64,000 bases of DNA from Scenedesmus sp. PABB004 (taxonomy: Eukaryota), in NCBI GenBank assembly GCA_014905635.1, contig JABVCE010000012.1, positions 310,001-374,000 on the forward strand, given 5' to 3'. The notes under the pieces are model-generated. The model worked only from the letters and a program-made list of their open reading frames with translations. It was not told the DNA's origin and did no database searches. The translations under genes were made by a program, and so were the position numbers. Shown in pieces: positions 1 to 12,366 of the stretch (positions are counted from its first letter, which is position 1; every line of letters starts with the position of its first letter).

Positions 1-231
1 GGGAGCACCACCCTGACCCAACGACACAACCCCGACCCAACGCACGTGGGCGGCGGGGCAGCAGTAGGAGCCTAGGCGTGCCTGCGTGCTGCCGAGGCGC
101 TGCGCGGCTTTGTTGCGTGTGACGCGCGGAGATCGCGACGCCCCCCCCCCCTGACCGCATGCGCGCGTGCCGCCGGGCGCTGGCGGTGGCAGCGCGTCGC
201 CCAGCGCGCCGCCCGGCCGCTGCGCCACGCG

Positions 232-2330
232 GGCGGCGCGGTGCAGGGCCCAGGGCGCAGGCGCCGCCCGGCCGGCTGCCCGCGCCGCCGCCGAGGAGGC
301 CCCCGCGCGCCGCCCCGCCACCCACAGCCGCCTCCCTCAGCGCCTCCCTGCCGCACACGCACACGCGCACGCGCCGGCCGCGCCCCTCACAGCGCCCGCA
401 CGCGCCGCGCCACTGTTCGAATCGCAGCCTGCCCCCACCCGCGCCGCGCCCCTGGCCAGGCGGGGCGAGGACCTGCGGGCGCCTGGTGACTAGGCCGTGC
501 CGCCCAGCGCAGCGCCAGGCGAGCCGCGCGCGCGGGCAGGCGGGGAGGGCAGCGGCGGGCGGGCGCGCCGCGCTGCGCGACGCTTGCTGCGGGCGGCGGG
601 GGCACCGGCACGGCGCGGCGGGCGGGCGTGTGGCGTGGGCCGCCGGGACTGCGCGCCTCGGGCGTCGCTGGCAGGCCCGCCGCCGCGCCGCCGCGCCGGG
701 GGCGGGGGGGGGGGGGGGCGGCGGGCGCCGCGCGCTGCTGCTGCTGCTGCTGCGCTCACGCCGCCCGCGCTCGCCCCCGCTGCTGCCGGTGCCCCGCCCG
801 CTGCTCCCTGGTCGACCGCAGGCTGTCAGGTGGCACCATGTCTGCTGCGCTGGCGGGCAAGCGGCACGCCAGGCCGACGACGAGCGTGCTGGCAGCGGCT
901 GCAGCTGCGGCGGGCGAGGCGCCTGGTGGCGCGGAGGCGGCGCCGAGGTGGGCGCGCTGCTGCTGCTGGTGCCCCCTGGCTGGTGCTGCCTGGAACGGCA
1001 CGCGCTGCCCTCCAGGCACCACCGCCCACAGCAGGCGCCGCCTGACGGCTTGCCGCCTGCCCCGCGCGCCCCGTCCTGCGCCGCCAGCAGCCCGTGAGCG
1101 GAGCTGTCCGACCCCCTCGTGCTCCACGTCCTGAGCTTCTGGTCGCTGGCCCTGCGGGCATGGACCGCCAGGCTGGTCTGCAAGGCGGCGCGCGAGCGCT
1201 TCCGCGGCGCCAGGCGCGTCTCGCTGCGCTGCCCGGAGCTGCCGCTGGCGGCGGTGCAGGAGGCGTGGCGGGTGGTGCCGGGTGACAAGGGGGGGAGAGG
1301 TGGCCAGCGCGCGCGCGGCGTGCGGCGACGTGGCGGGGCTGGCCTGGCTGTGCAGCGCCGGCTGCGACATGGATGACAGTGTGGGCTGGGCAGCAGCGGA
1401 GCACGGCCAGCTTGCCGTGCTGGAGTGGGCGCGCGGCGAGGGGCTGGACCCGGGGGGCGTGTGCAGCGGAGCAGCCGCGGGCGGGCAGTGGGCGGTGCTG
1501 CGCTGGGCGCGCGCGCAGACGCCGCCGGCGCCCTGGGGCAAGTACGTGTCCTCCTGGGCTGCGCTGCACGGCGACCTGGAGATGCTGCGCTGGGGTCGCG
1601 CCCAGGTGGAGCCCGCGCCGTGGGACGGCGAAGCGTGTAGGGTGGCGGCTCTGTCTGGGCAGCTTGAGGTGCTGCGCTGGCTGCGCGCCAACGGCTGCCC
1701 GTGGCAGCGCGCCGAGTGCGAGCGCTTGGCGGACCGGCGCCACGCGGCCGTGGTCGCGTGGATCCAGGCGCAGCCCGAGTGAGCTGTCGGGAGCAGCCTG
1801 CGTGAGCTCACTCGAGTGTGTCGGGAGGGCTGGCAAGCAGCGCGCGCCGGCCAGCTTGCCGTGCTGGAGCGGGCGCGCGGCGAGGGACGTTGACATGCGC
1901 GGCGTGTGTGCGTTCGGTGGGCAACTGTCGGCGCAGGCAGGCGCGAGTGGCGCACGGTCACGTGGTCAACGGCCGCCGATGAGTTTTTAGGAGGGGGGAC
2001 GCCGCTTGACTGCCGTTGTCTGCCGCGCCGGTGCGGCGCCCTGTTGCGCGCTGGTCGGGCTCGGCCGTGTGTTGCGCCGCCCCGTTGCAACCTCGACCGC
2101 GCAAGGACGGAGCCGCGCCTGGCCGGCAAGCGCGGCCAGGGTTTTGGGCTGCGGCGCAGGCTTGACGACCTGGCGGCCGCGGCAGCCGCAGCCGCTGTGC
2201 TGCACACCGCCGCTGTGCTGAGACACAGCCGGCACGCCGCCGCCCCATGCGCACCGCTGCATGCCCCGCCGCGCGCTGCCGCCGGCCGGAGCGCGCGCGC
2301 GCTGGCAACCGGCTGACCGCACGGAGCGCT
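232..2330 (+). repeat. F-box/ankyrin cassette copy U1 (leader + gene + 3' tail)
   Basis: Leader starts GGCGGCG(C)GGTGCAGGGCCCAGGGCGCAGGCGCCGCCCGG, as in the other copies. Tail 1783-~2290 is shared with U7 (36726-~37230). CTGGCAACCGG motif near 2303. Confidence 0.9.
838..1782 (+). pseudogene. F-box-like + ankyrin-like repeat gene, probably disrupted (U1)
   Basis: ATG 838; intron 948-1087 (AG|GTGGGC...CTGAC...CAG). In-frame TGA at 1095-1097 replaces the codon that is CTG in most copies. Frameshift near the G-run at ~1290. Repeats HGQLAVLEW...LRWLRANGCPW are otherwise intact. Confidence 0.75.
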
Positions 2331-2514
2331 CCCGGGCGGGCGGCCCGCCTCTCTCATTCACAACAGTCCCGGGCACCACTGCCGCCACCCGCGCCCGCCG
2401 CCGCGCGCCCCGTACAGCCCCTGGACAGCCTCTGCAGCTGGACAGGCGCGTCGGCACGCCATTCAACTCGACCTGCGTGCCCCAAGCTGCAGCCTCACCA
2501 CCCACCCCGCCTTC

Positions 2515-2575
2515 GCGCTGTGCGCTGTGCGCTGTGCGCTGTGCGCTGTGCGCTGTGCGCTGTGCGCTGTGCGCT
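2515..2575. repeat. (GCGCTGT)n heptamer tandem repeat, ~8 units, abutting the TLK stop codon
   Basis: Read directly from the sequence. Confidence 0.95.
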
Positions 2576-3666
2576 CAGCGCTTGAGCTGCAGGTAGGGGT
2601 CCGCCGCCGCGGTGAGCACGTCCCAACGCTCGCCCTGGTCGTACGCGAGGCAGCGCGCCAGGAAGGCGCGGCCCTCCGCCGACACCGCGGGCTTGGCCGG
2701 GAACTGGACCTGCGCGGCGCGCGGCGCGCGCGGCGCGCCGGCGGCGGGTGTGTGCGTGTGCGCGCGCTGGGACGCCCTCACCCGCCCGCACCCGCGCACA
2801 CACATCCACACTCTCCCACGCCCACGCCGCCACCCGCCCTCCCCCTGCCGCGCACCGTGCGGGCGTTGAGCATGACGCCGTCGCGGTAGATCTGCTCCTG
2901 GCTGAGCCCCTCGCCAAAGGGGCGGCGGCCGTAGAGCATCTGGTAGAGGATCACGCCAGCGCTCCACACGTCAACCTGCGGTTGTGCGCGGGCGGTTCAG
3001 GCGGCGGGCCAGGCGGCGGTCCAGGCGGCGGTTTAGGCGGTGGCGGTGTGTGTGTGCACGCGCGCGTGTGGCGGGCAGCAGCGCGTCGGGAGAGGGGGAG
3101 GGGCGCGCGGCGCGGGCGCTCGCGCTCGCGTCGCCCGGCGCGCGGCCGCGCCACACCTTGTTGGAGATGCGCGGCGGGCCGGCGGCGAGCGGCGCGGTGC
3201 CGCCGCCGCCGCCGCCCGCGCCGGCGCCGCCGAGCAGCCCCGCCGGCAGCAGCCCGCCCGCGCCGCCGCCGCCGCCGCCGCCGCCGCCGGGCGCGCGGCC
3301 CGCGGGCGCGGCGTGGCCGTGGCCGTGCCCGTGGCTCGAAGGCTGCGCGAAGCACTCTGGCGGCAGGTACCAGTAAGTCCCCGCGCCCTGGCTGGTCAGC
3401 TCCATGCCCATCGTCTGCCCCTCCTCCACCACCTGCGTCCCGCGCGGGCGCGGCAGCAGCAGCACGCGCAGGGCCGCGTGCGTGGTCGGGGGCCCGCGCG
3501 CCCGGCGGCGGCGGCCCGCCTGCGAAACCACCTGCAAAACCGCCCGCAAAACACTCAGCAGCGCCTGCGCCGCACCTTGCTGAGCCCAAAGTCGGTGATC
3601 TTGACCACGCCCAGGCTGTCAAACAGGATGTTGGCGGGCTTGAGGTCATAATGGATCACGCGCGGC

Positions 3667-3708
<42 letters not shown>

Positions 3709-6700
3709 TCGCCGCCGCGGTTGAGGTAGGCCAGGCCGGCAAAGACCTGCGCGATGAGCGCGCGCGCCTCGCGCTCGGGGAGCGTCTGCGTGGGCGCGCG
3801 CGGGTGGGCGGGTGGGCGGAGGGAGGGTGGGCGGGTGGAGGGAGGGCGCGGCGCAGGGCGCGGCGGCGCACGGCGCACGTGGTGCTGCGCGAGGTGCGCC
3901 TCCAGGTCGCCGCCCTCGCAGAGCTCCAGCACGGTCGCAAAGGTGGTGTTGTCGACCTGAGCGCGGGGGGCACGGACGCGTGAGGGCGCGGGCGCGGTCA
4001 GCTGCAGAAGGCCTTGCGCACGCGAGGTCAACGAGCAAAGCGGCCAGCCCGCTGGGCAGCACGCCGCGAGCGCTCTCTCCCACCCACCCACCCACTGGGT
4101 GTGTGACACCCCCCCCCCCCAAAGAACCTCTACGCCCCACCTCGAAGATGTCTGTGAGGCCCACGATGTTGGGGTGGCTCAGCGCCTTGTGAATGGTGTA
4201 CTCGCGCACCGCGTGCCGCACGTAGCTCGCCTTGCGGCTCTCGCTCCAGCTCGAGTTGAGCTGGTGCACCTGCGGAGAGGGCAGGGGGCACGTGGGCGCC
4301 GCGCCACCAACCTTCCCTCTGCCTCCCGCCCTCCCTCTGCCTCCCTCCCTCTCCCTCCCGCCCTCCCTCTCCCCCTCCCTCTGCCTCCCTCCTCCACCCT
4401 CCTCCGCACCCCCGCCCCCACCCAAACCCCCTCCCCTTGCGACGCGCCTTGACCGCCACAAACTTGAGCCCCGCCGTGTCGTAGCCGCGGTGCACCTCGC
4501 TGAACCCGCCGCGGCCGAGCAGCGACAGCAGCGCGTACCGCCCGTGCAGCAGCGGTGTGCCCTGGAAGCGGCTGCCCTCCTCGTCGCGCAGGCGCTTGAG
4601 CGCGCTGGCGGCCGCGCGCGCGCGGCGCGGCGGCGGTGAGGCGGCGGCGAGGCGGCGGTGAGCCTGGTGCGCGCCCGCGCGCTGCTGGCCCCTGCCGCGG
4701 CAGCGCCCCTAGCGCCGCCGCCGCCGCGGCCACCGCGCCGCCGCGCCGCGGCGGCGCACCGCAGGTGCCGCATCTTCTCGGCCCCCAGCCGCTCCTCCTC
4801 GCGCGCGAGCAGCTCCTCCTCGCGCCGCAGCACGCTCAGCCGCACCTGCGCGGCGTGGCGCAGGCGGGTGTGGCGCGCCGCGGCGGCTCGGCGGCCAGGC
4901 CCCGGCCAGGCGCGGGGCTCGCGCGCGTGCCCTGGGCCCGCCCGTGCAGGGAGGCGGCGGCGGCGGCGGCAGCGGCGGCAGCGGCGGCGCGCTTGCCTTG
5001 AGGATCTCGTCCTGCATGACATAATCCGCTGAGCTGAGGTACGGCGCGCCCGCCGCGTCGTGCGTGGGCGGCGCCGGCGGGCCGCCGGCGCCCGTGCTGC
5101 TGCCCGCGTCGGCCGCCGTCGCCTTGGGCGGCGGCGGGAGGCGCCGCTTGAGCGCCTGCGCGCGCGCGGGCGGGGCGGCGGCGCGTGGGCGCGTGCAGGA
5201 GCAGGGCTCCGCTGGAGCAGGGCCCGCCAGCGGCGCCGCGCGCAGCAGCGCCCGAGGCGTCCGTGCAGCCCCCCGGCACGCCCTGCCTCTCGCCTTGCGC
5301 GCCGCGTCGACCGCCTCGCGCGCTGCAGCCAGGCCCGCCTTGCGCGCCGCGGCCTCGCGCAGCGCGGGGCCGTCGTCCCAGACCTCGGCAAAGCCTAGCG
5401 CGCCGGCGCGGCTCACGCCGAGGCTGCCGAGGCGGCCGCCGTCGAGCGCGAGCTGCAGCCGCGTGAGGCTACCCTCCGCGGCTGCGAGCTTGCTCACGAG
5501 CCCCGACACCGCCGCCTGCACCGCGGCCTCGCGCGCCTCCTTGGACGCGCTGCGGCGGCGCGCGGCGGGCGACGCGATCAGCGCGGCGTGGCGAGCGCGG
5601 CGCGGCCGCGCGGCAAGGGCCGGCGGCGCGGCAGGCGGCAGCGCACCGTGCGGCGCCCAGCTCCTGCTGCAGCTGCGCCAGCATGCTCTGCAGCCCGTCT
5701 CCCGCGCGCTGGCTCGCGGCGAGCTGCTCGGCCAGCTGCGCTTCGCGCTGCCTGCGGGCACAGCCGGCGGCGGCGGCGGCGGCGGTCAGGGCGGGCCGCG
5801 GTGGGCCAGGGCGGCGCCGCGGCGCACAGCGGGCTGCGCCGCGCGCGTGCGGGGCCGCCGCGGCGCACCTCGCCTCCTGCCGCAGCTGCTCCAGCTCCTG
5901 CTGGTGCCTCTGCTGCAGCGAAGCCGCATGCTGCTGCTGCAACGTGCCTAAGTCTGCGCCGCCACCGCCGCCGCCGCTGCCCCTGCCGCCGCCCGCGCTG
6001 CCGCCCTGCTGCCGCCCGCCGCTGCCGCCGCCGCCGCCGCGTGCTCCGGCCTGCTCCGGCGCGCACTCGATCGGCGACGCGTGGAGCAGCGGCGCCGGCG
6101 GCTGCTGGCGCGGCTGCTGGTGCGGCTGCTGGTGCTGCGGCTGCTGGTGCTGCTGCGGCTGCTGGCGCGCGTGCTGCACCTGCTGGTGCGCGTGCGCGGC
6201 GTGGCCGTGGCCGTGGCCGAGCGCGAGCGAGGGCGTGTCGCTGTCGCGGCTGCTGCCGCCGTCGGCCAGGAGCGTGAAGAATTTGCTTATGTTGGTCTGA
6301 CCCCTGCTGTGGCCGCCGCCGCCGCCCGCCTTGCTGCCGGACCGCGGCGTGCGGGCGGCGGCGCCGCCGTGGCCGCCGCGCTCTGCGGGGCGGGGCGGCG
6401 GCGGCGGCGGCGGCGTTGGCGGCGCTGCGGCGACGAGCGCGCGCCCGCCCGCGCGCCGGGGCCCGAGCGAGAGCGAGAGCGACCGCGGCGCCGCCGACGA
6501 CGCACCGCCGACGACGGGCGACATCGGCGGGTTGCTGCCGCCCGGCTCGCCGCCGCCGCGCTTGGCGTCGCCGCGCGGCGAGGCGCGCGCGCGCGCCGGC
6601 TTGTCGCGCGGCGGCTGCTGGTCGCGCGTGCCGCCGCCCGGCGCGTGCGCGCCGCCGCCGCGACTGCCGCCGTCGCCGCCGCCGTCGGCGGGGCGGTGCT

Positions 6701-7163
6701 GCGGCTTGGCGGTCTTGCGCCGCTTCGCCGACGGCGCGCCCTGGTCGCCGCCGCCGGGCGGCGGCGGGCTCGTGCGGTCGGCGAGCGGCGCCGCCGGCGG
6801 CGCGCACGGCTGCGACGCGGGCGCCAGCTCGTCCTGCGTGCCGTCGATGACGACCACCTCGATCTCGGGACGCGGCGGCGCCGGCTGCTGCTGCTGCTGC
6901 TGCTGCTGCTGCGGCTGCTGCTGCGGCTGCTGCTGCGCCGGCGGCGCCGTCCGCGCGCCCGCCAGCCCCAGCTCCAGCATGCCCGCCTGCTGCGGCGGCT
7001 GCTGCGGCAGCTGCGCCGCGCCGCCGCCGAGGGGCTCTGCGGCCGGCGGGTTGGAGCCGGTCAGGCGGCGCTCCAGGAGCAGCAGCTTGGCCTTGGTGCC
7101 GGGCGAGGCGAGCACGAGCGGCGGCGCGCCGGAGCCGCTGTCGCCGAGGCTGCACAGCTGCAT
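2575..7163 (-). CDS. TSL: TOUSLED-like Ser/Thr kinase (multi-exon)
   Basis: Exon motifs LLGRGGFSEV, VAVKVHQLNSSWSESRKASYVRHAVREY, IHYDLKPANILF, KITDFGLSK, MELTSQGAGTYWYLPPECF, ISNKVDVWSAGVI are characteristic of TLK. ATG 7163, TGA 2575. Confidence 0.93.
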
Positions 7164-7489
7164 CCGCACTGCCGGCGCGCGTGGGAGGTCGGGGCTAGCC
7201 TCAGCGCATGAGGTTCGGGCGCGCGAGGCCCCAGGCGGCGCCAGGCGTGCAGGAGGAGCTTGGGTAATGGGTCGCGTTGGTCCAGCTGCCCGTAGAGCGC
7301 GCGCACGGTGCGATCGAGCCGTCTGGGGCGGTGGGAGCGCCGCGGGGGTGTGGCCAGGCCCCGGCCGGGCGGCGGCGAGGGCGCCGCCGGGAGTGACAAC
7401 TTTCGAAACGCCGCGTCGGCAGCGGCGGGCCGCCGGCGGGCTGGACGCTCACCGCCGCGGCGTGGGAGCTGGCCCGCCCAAGTGCAAAG

Positions 7490-9045
7490 CGTGCGCGGGT
7501 CGGCCGGTTGCCAGCACGCGGCACCGCCGCTCGCCCTTGGCCGCCGCCAACCCTCCTCGCGACGCGCGCACTCGACGAGCCTGCCCCCACCACCGCCACC
7601 GTGGCCGCGCTGCAGGCAGCACGACACGCTCCGCACACGCGCACTAGCCGCCAGCTGCGCCCGCACAGCCAGGCGCCAGCTGCGCGCGCGGCCGGCGCAG
7701 CTGGCTGCTCCCGACACCTCACGGTGCGGGCTCGGCCTGGGCGCGCGCCCAGCGCAGCATCTCCAGGTCGCCGCGCCGCGCAGCCCAGGAGCACACGTAC
7801 TTGCCCCAGGGCAGCGGCGGCGTTTGTGCACGCGCCCAGCGCAGCACACCCAGCTGCCCGCCCCTGGCTGCTTCGTCGCACACGTGACTCAGGTCGAGCC
7901 CCTGGTCGCGCGCCCACTCCAGCACGGCGACCTGGCCGGCGCGCACTGCTACCCAGCACACACTGTCAACCATGTCGCACCCGGCGCCGCGCAGCCAGGC
8001 CAGCACGGCCACGTCGCCACATCCCGCGCGTGCGCTGGCCAGCTGCCACTGGTCCAAACTCTGCACCGCCCGCCACGCCTCCTGCACCGCCGCCAGCGGC
8101 AGCTCGGGGCAGCGCAGCGAGACGAGCGTGGCATCGCGGAAGCGCTCGTGCGTCGCCGTGCAGATCAGCCTGGCAGTCCACGCCTGCAGGGCCGGCGGCA
8201 GGAAGCTCAGGACGTGGAGCACGAGGGGCATGGGCAGCTCCGGCAGCGGGCTGCTGGCGGCGCAGGCGGGCGCGCGGGTGCGGCGGTGAGGCAGCGCGCG
8301 GCGCCTGCTATCGTTGGCTGTGGCTCGCTGCTCAGCGCGCCACAGCACCAACAGCAGCGCGCCCACCTCGCCTCCACGTCCTCGCCGCTGGGCGCCTCGC
8401 CCACCGCCGCTGCCGTGGTCGGCCCGGCGCGCCGCGTGTCCGCCGGCGCAGCAGACATGGTGCCACCTGACAGCCTGCGGGCCAGCAGGGAGCAGCAGGC
8501 GGGGCACCGGCAGCAGCGGGCGCGTGCGCGGGCGGCGTGAGCGCAGCCGCAGCAGCGCGCGGCGCCCGCCCCCGCCCGGCGCGGCGGCGCGGCGGCGGGC
8601 CTGCCAGCGACGCCCAGGGCACGCAGGCCCGGCGGCCCACGCCACACGCCCGCCCGCCGCGCACCGCCGGTGCCCCCGCCGCCCGCAGCGGGCGCCGCGC
8701 AGCGCGGCCCGCCCGCTGCTGCCTGCTCCCCGCCTGCGCGCGCGCGCGGCTCGCCTGGCGCTGCGCTGGGCGGCACGGCCTAGTCACCAGGCGCCCGCAG
8801 GCCCGCGCCCCGCCTGGCCAGGGGCGCGCCGCGGGCAGGGGCGGGCGCTGCGCAGCGGCGGCGCGGCGCGTGCGGGAGCTGTGAGGGCCGCGGCCGGCGC
8901 TCGTGTGCGTGTGCGGCAGGGAGGCGCTGAGGGCGGCGGCTGTGGGCGGCGGGGCGGGTCGAGCGGGGGGCCTCCTCGGCGGCGGCGCGGGCAGCCGGCC
9001 AGGCGGCGCCTGCGCCCTGGGCCCTGCACCGCCGCCCGCGTGGCG
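7490..9045 (-). repeat. F-box/ankyrin cassette copy U2
   Basis: Leader ~9045-8459, gene, then CTGGCAACCGGCCGACC motif near 7500. Confidence 0.9.
7719..8458 (-). CDS. F-box-like + ankyrin-like protein, C-terminal repeat deleted (U2)
   Basis: ATG 8458, conserved intron, LPELPMPLVLHVLSFLPP...LICT. Ends AEPAP* joined directly to the TGAGGTGTCGGGAGCAGCC 3' flank also seen in U7. Confidence 0.75.
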
Positions 9046-9189
9046 CGGCTGCCGGGCGGGCGCGGCGTCGCGGCGCGGCTCGCGGCGCGGCGCGGTTACC
9101 GCCACCGCCGCGCGCGTCAACGGCAGCATGCGCGCGGCGCTCAACTCGCCCCCGCCGCACGCCTCCCCCCCCCCCGGCGTCGAGGGCGC

Positions 9190-9573
9190 TCAGGCGTCGC
9201 GCTCGGCCTCGACCTTCTCCTTGTTCGCCTGGCCGCCGGTGCGGCCCATCTCAGCGTACGCCTCGTGCACGTCGCCGCCATGCTCCTCCGCCATCTGGGC
9301 CTTGCGCGTCTCGCCGCCGATCGTGCCGCCCACGCTCTGGCGGTCCCGGCCGCTCAGCTCGTCAAAGTCCTTGCCGTACTTCTGCGAGGGAGGAAAATGA
9401 GGGGAAAGGGTGGGCGGGGGCAGGCGGAGGAGGCCATGAGCGTCCGGACGCTCACGCGCGCGCGAGCGCGGCGCGCGGCGGCGCGCGGCGGCGAGCGCGC
9501 GCGCGCGCGCGCGGCGGCGGGCACGCGCCTCCTGCGCGATCTCGTCGCGCTTCTCCTCGCGGGAGTCAGACAT
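9190..9573 (-). CDS. Small hydrophilic Em/LEA_5-like (KGG/GsiB-like) stress protein, 2 exons
   Basis: MSDSREEKRDEIAQE|KYGKDFDELSGRDRQSVGGTIGGETRKAQM...YAEMGRTGG. GC-AG intron 9528-9382. Confidence 0.75.
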   Translation of the reverse strand: MSDSREEKRDEIAQEARARRRARARALAAARRRAPRSRARERPDAHGLLRLPPPTLSPHFPPSQKYGKDFDELSGRDRQSVGGTIGGETRKAQMAEEHGGDVHEAYAEMGRTGGQANKEKVEAERDA

Positions 9574-10115
9574 GGCGGCGGCGGCGCGGCGGCGGCGGCG
9601 GCGCGGCGACGCGACGGCGCGTGCGGCGGGCGCGCGGGCTGGCTGTGGGCGTGTGGGGCTGTGCGTGGGCGAGGGGCGGGGGGGGGGGGGGGGCGAGCGC
9701 GGGAGAGTGCGGGGGGTGGCGCGGGGGCGGCCTTTGAGGCAGCAGCGGTGTGGCGGCCGCCGGCGTGACGCGCGACGCGTCGCCGCCGCGCGCCGCGCGC
9801 CAGCGAGATCTCGCCAGGCCACGCGCATCACGCCACTTCTCGCGCCTGCTGCGCGATGTGGGGCGCGCAGGGCGCTGCGTGGCCCGCCGGGTGCGGCCGG
9901 GCGCGCGCCGCGGGCCGCGCTCGCGCCGCGCCGCGCCGCCGCGGGCCCGCCGGGCTCCGCCCGCGTCCCAATCGGCGTGTGAACGCGCCAATGCACGCGC
10001 GGGCGTGGCGCGGAGGCGGCTGGGGCGGCCGAGCGCGGATGAAAAGCTGCGCCAGCGCTCGCGAGCGCTGCGGCGCGCTGTGGGGTCGCGCGGCGCTCGC
10101 GGCCCGGGCGGCGCG

Positions 10116-11185
10116 TCACACGCGCCCCGCGCGCGCGCCGTGGTTGCCCGGCAGCTCGCCCGGCGGCGCCGCGGGCAGCGTCGGCAGCGCGTCCCAGGGG
10201 TCGAACGCCACGAACCCGCCCGCCGCGGGGTCAGGGCGCAGGAAGGCGCGGCCGCCGCTCTCGCCGCCGCCGCTCCCCGCGCCGCCGCCACTGCCCGCGA
10301 GCGCGGCAGTGAAGGAGAGCGTGGAGTTGGAGGCGAGCATCACGTCGGCGGCGCTGCACACCCACCAGTCGGCCAGCAGCGCCGCGTCGGCGGGGTCGTC
10401 GGCCAGCCCGGGCGGCAGCCCGACGCGCGCCCACGACGCGAGGCGCGGCGGCGCGGCCGCGGCGACGCCCCCGGCGCGGCCGCGAGCAGCTGGCCGGGGT
10501 CGGCGGCCAGCGCGGCGTCGTCGGTCGCGACCCACAGCACGTCGCCCGCGCCGCCGTCCAGGGCGAGCGCGCCGAGCGCCGCGGCGAGCCAGGCCGCGGG
10601 CGCGCGCCAGGCGCAGCCGCCGGCGTCCCAGTCGGCGTCGGGCGCGGCGCCGTCAAACGGCGGCTCCGACCGCAGCGCGCCGCGCCGCCGCTGCTGCTCC
10701 TGCTGCTGCTGCTGCTCCTGCTGCTGCTGCTCCCGCTGCTGCTGCTCCCGCTGCTGCTGCTGCCGCGGCGCCTCGTGCCCTCGCAGCTCGCCAAAGTCGC
10801 CGCGCCGCACGTGCGCCACGACCAGCCGCCCCGCGCCGCTGCCGCCGCGCAGCGCGGCGAGCGCGGCGCGCAGCGCCGCCTCCAGCGCCGGCGCGGCGCG
10901 CAGGCGCAGCAGCTCGCGCACGCGCGCGCGCTGGCCGGCGTACGCCGAGGTGTGCCACTGGAACCAGCCCCACAGCCCCGCGCCCGCAAACCGGCAGCGC
11001 GCCCCGCCGCAGCGCGCGCCGGCCGCGACGTCGGCCGCGGTGGCCTGCGGCCAGTGCCTGCGCAGCTGCCGGCCCGACAGCGCGCCGCCGCAGCCGAGCG
11101 CCGACGCGAGCTCGGCGTGCTGGCGGCCGCGGCACAGCCACGCGCGCACGCCGGCGTGCGAGAGCACCACCCGGTCCGCTGCGGC

Positions 11186-11236
<51 letters not shown>

Positions 11237-11701
11237 GCGCGCGTTGGCGAGGGCCCGACGGCGGCGCGCCGCAGCCGCGTGCTGTCCGGCTCCAGCTGCG
11301 CCCGCCCGGGCCGCCGCCTGCGCGCCGGCGCAGCCACTCGCCCACGACCGGCGCCGCCCACGCCTCCGCGTCAGGGACCACGCCCCACTCGGCGCAGGCA
11401 GCCAGGTGCTGCCGCGCGCCCCAGCAGGCCGGCACCTGCGCCGCCGGCGCGCCGTCGGGGCTCGCGCAGCCGGCGCTGGCGCTGCCACGGCCGCCGCCGC
11501 CGCCGCCGCGCTGCAGCCGCCGCCGCCGCGCCCCCGCACCTGCAGCGCCAGGCCGTGCCGGTCGGCGAGGAGCTGGGCGGCGATCAGCTGCAGCAGGCTG
11601 TTGCCCCAGCGACCCAGCGAGCCCAGGCACGCCGCGCACACGGCGCCGTCCTCGACGCGCGCTGCTGCTGCTTGCGGCTCGTCGCCAACGCCGGCCGCCA
11701 T
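10116..11701 (-). CDS. GT11-like (alpha-1,2-fucosyltransferase-like) glycosyltransferase
   Basis: Motifs GRWGNSLLQ, GWFQ, HVRRGD, VATDD and SNSTLS match the GT11 pattern GRLGNQ/HVRRGD/NSTFS. Spliced; ends approximate. Confidence 0.7.
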
Positions 11702-12366
11702 CTCGACAGCCGAGCGGCTAGAGTGCGAGGCGTGGGCCACCGCACGGCTGGGCCAGGACCGGAGCCCGACACGCCAGCAGCAGCGGCGGTGCAGGGCGCA
11801 GCGAGCGCCGCCCGCCCGTCTGCCCGCGCCGTGCCGCCGAGGAGGCTCCCGCGCGCCGCCCACAGCCTCCGCCCTCAGCGCCCTGCCTCGCTCCTTGTCT
11901 CGCACCCACACAAGCGCCGGCCGCGGCCCTCTGTCTTGAAAGCCCGCCGCTGCCGTTCGAATCGCAGCCGCCCGCCCCCGCCCGCGGCGCGCCCCTGGCC
12001 AGGCGGGGCGCGGGCCTGCGGGCGCCTGACGGTCGGGCCGTGCCGCCCAGCGCAGCGCCAGGCGAGCCGCGCGCGCGTGCGGGCGGTGAGCAGGGCAGTG
12101 GCTGGCGGCGGGCAGTGCTGCTGCGCGGCGCCCGCTGCGGGCGGCGGGGGCTGCGGCGGTGCGCGGCGGGCGGGCGTGTGGCGTGGAACGCCGGGTCTGC
12201 GCGCCCCGGGTGCCGCTGGCAGGCCCGCCGCCGCGCCGCCGCGCCGGGGCGGCGGGGGCGGGCGCCGCGCGATGCTGCTGCTGCGCTCACGCCGCCCGCG
12301 CACTCGCGCCCGCTGCCGGTGCCCGCCTGCTGCTCCCTGCTGCCCCGCAGGGCCCCAGGCCGTGCC

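Noticed and set aside
2515..2575. CRISPR-like array
   Set aside because: It is a simple heptamer tandem repeat with no spacers, in a eukaryotic context.
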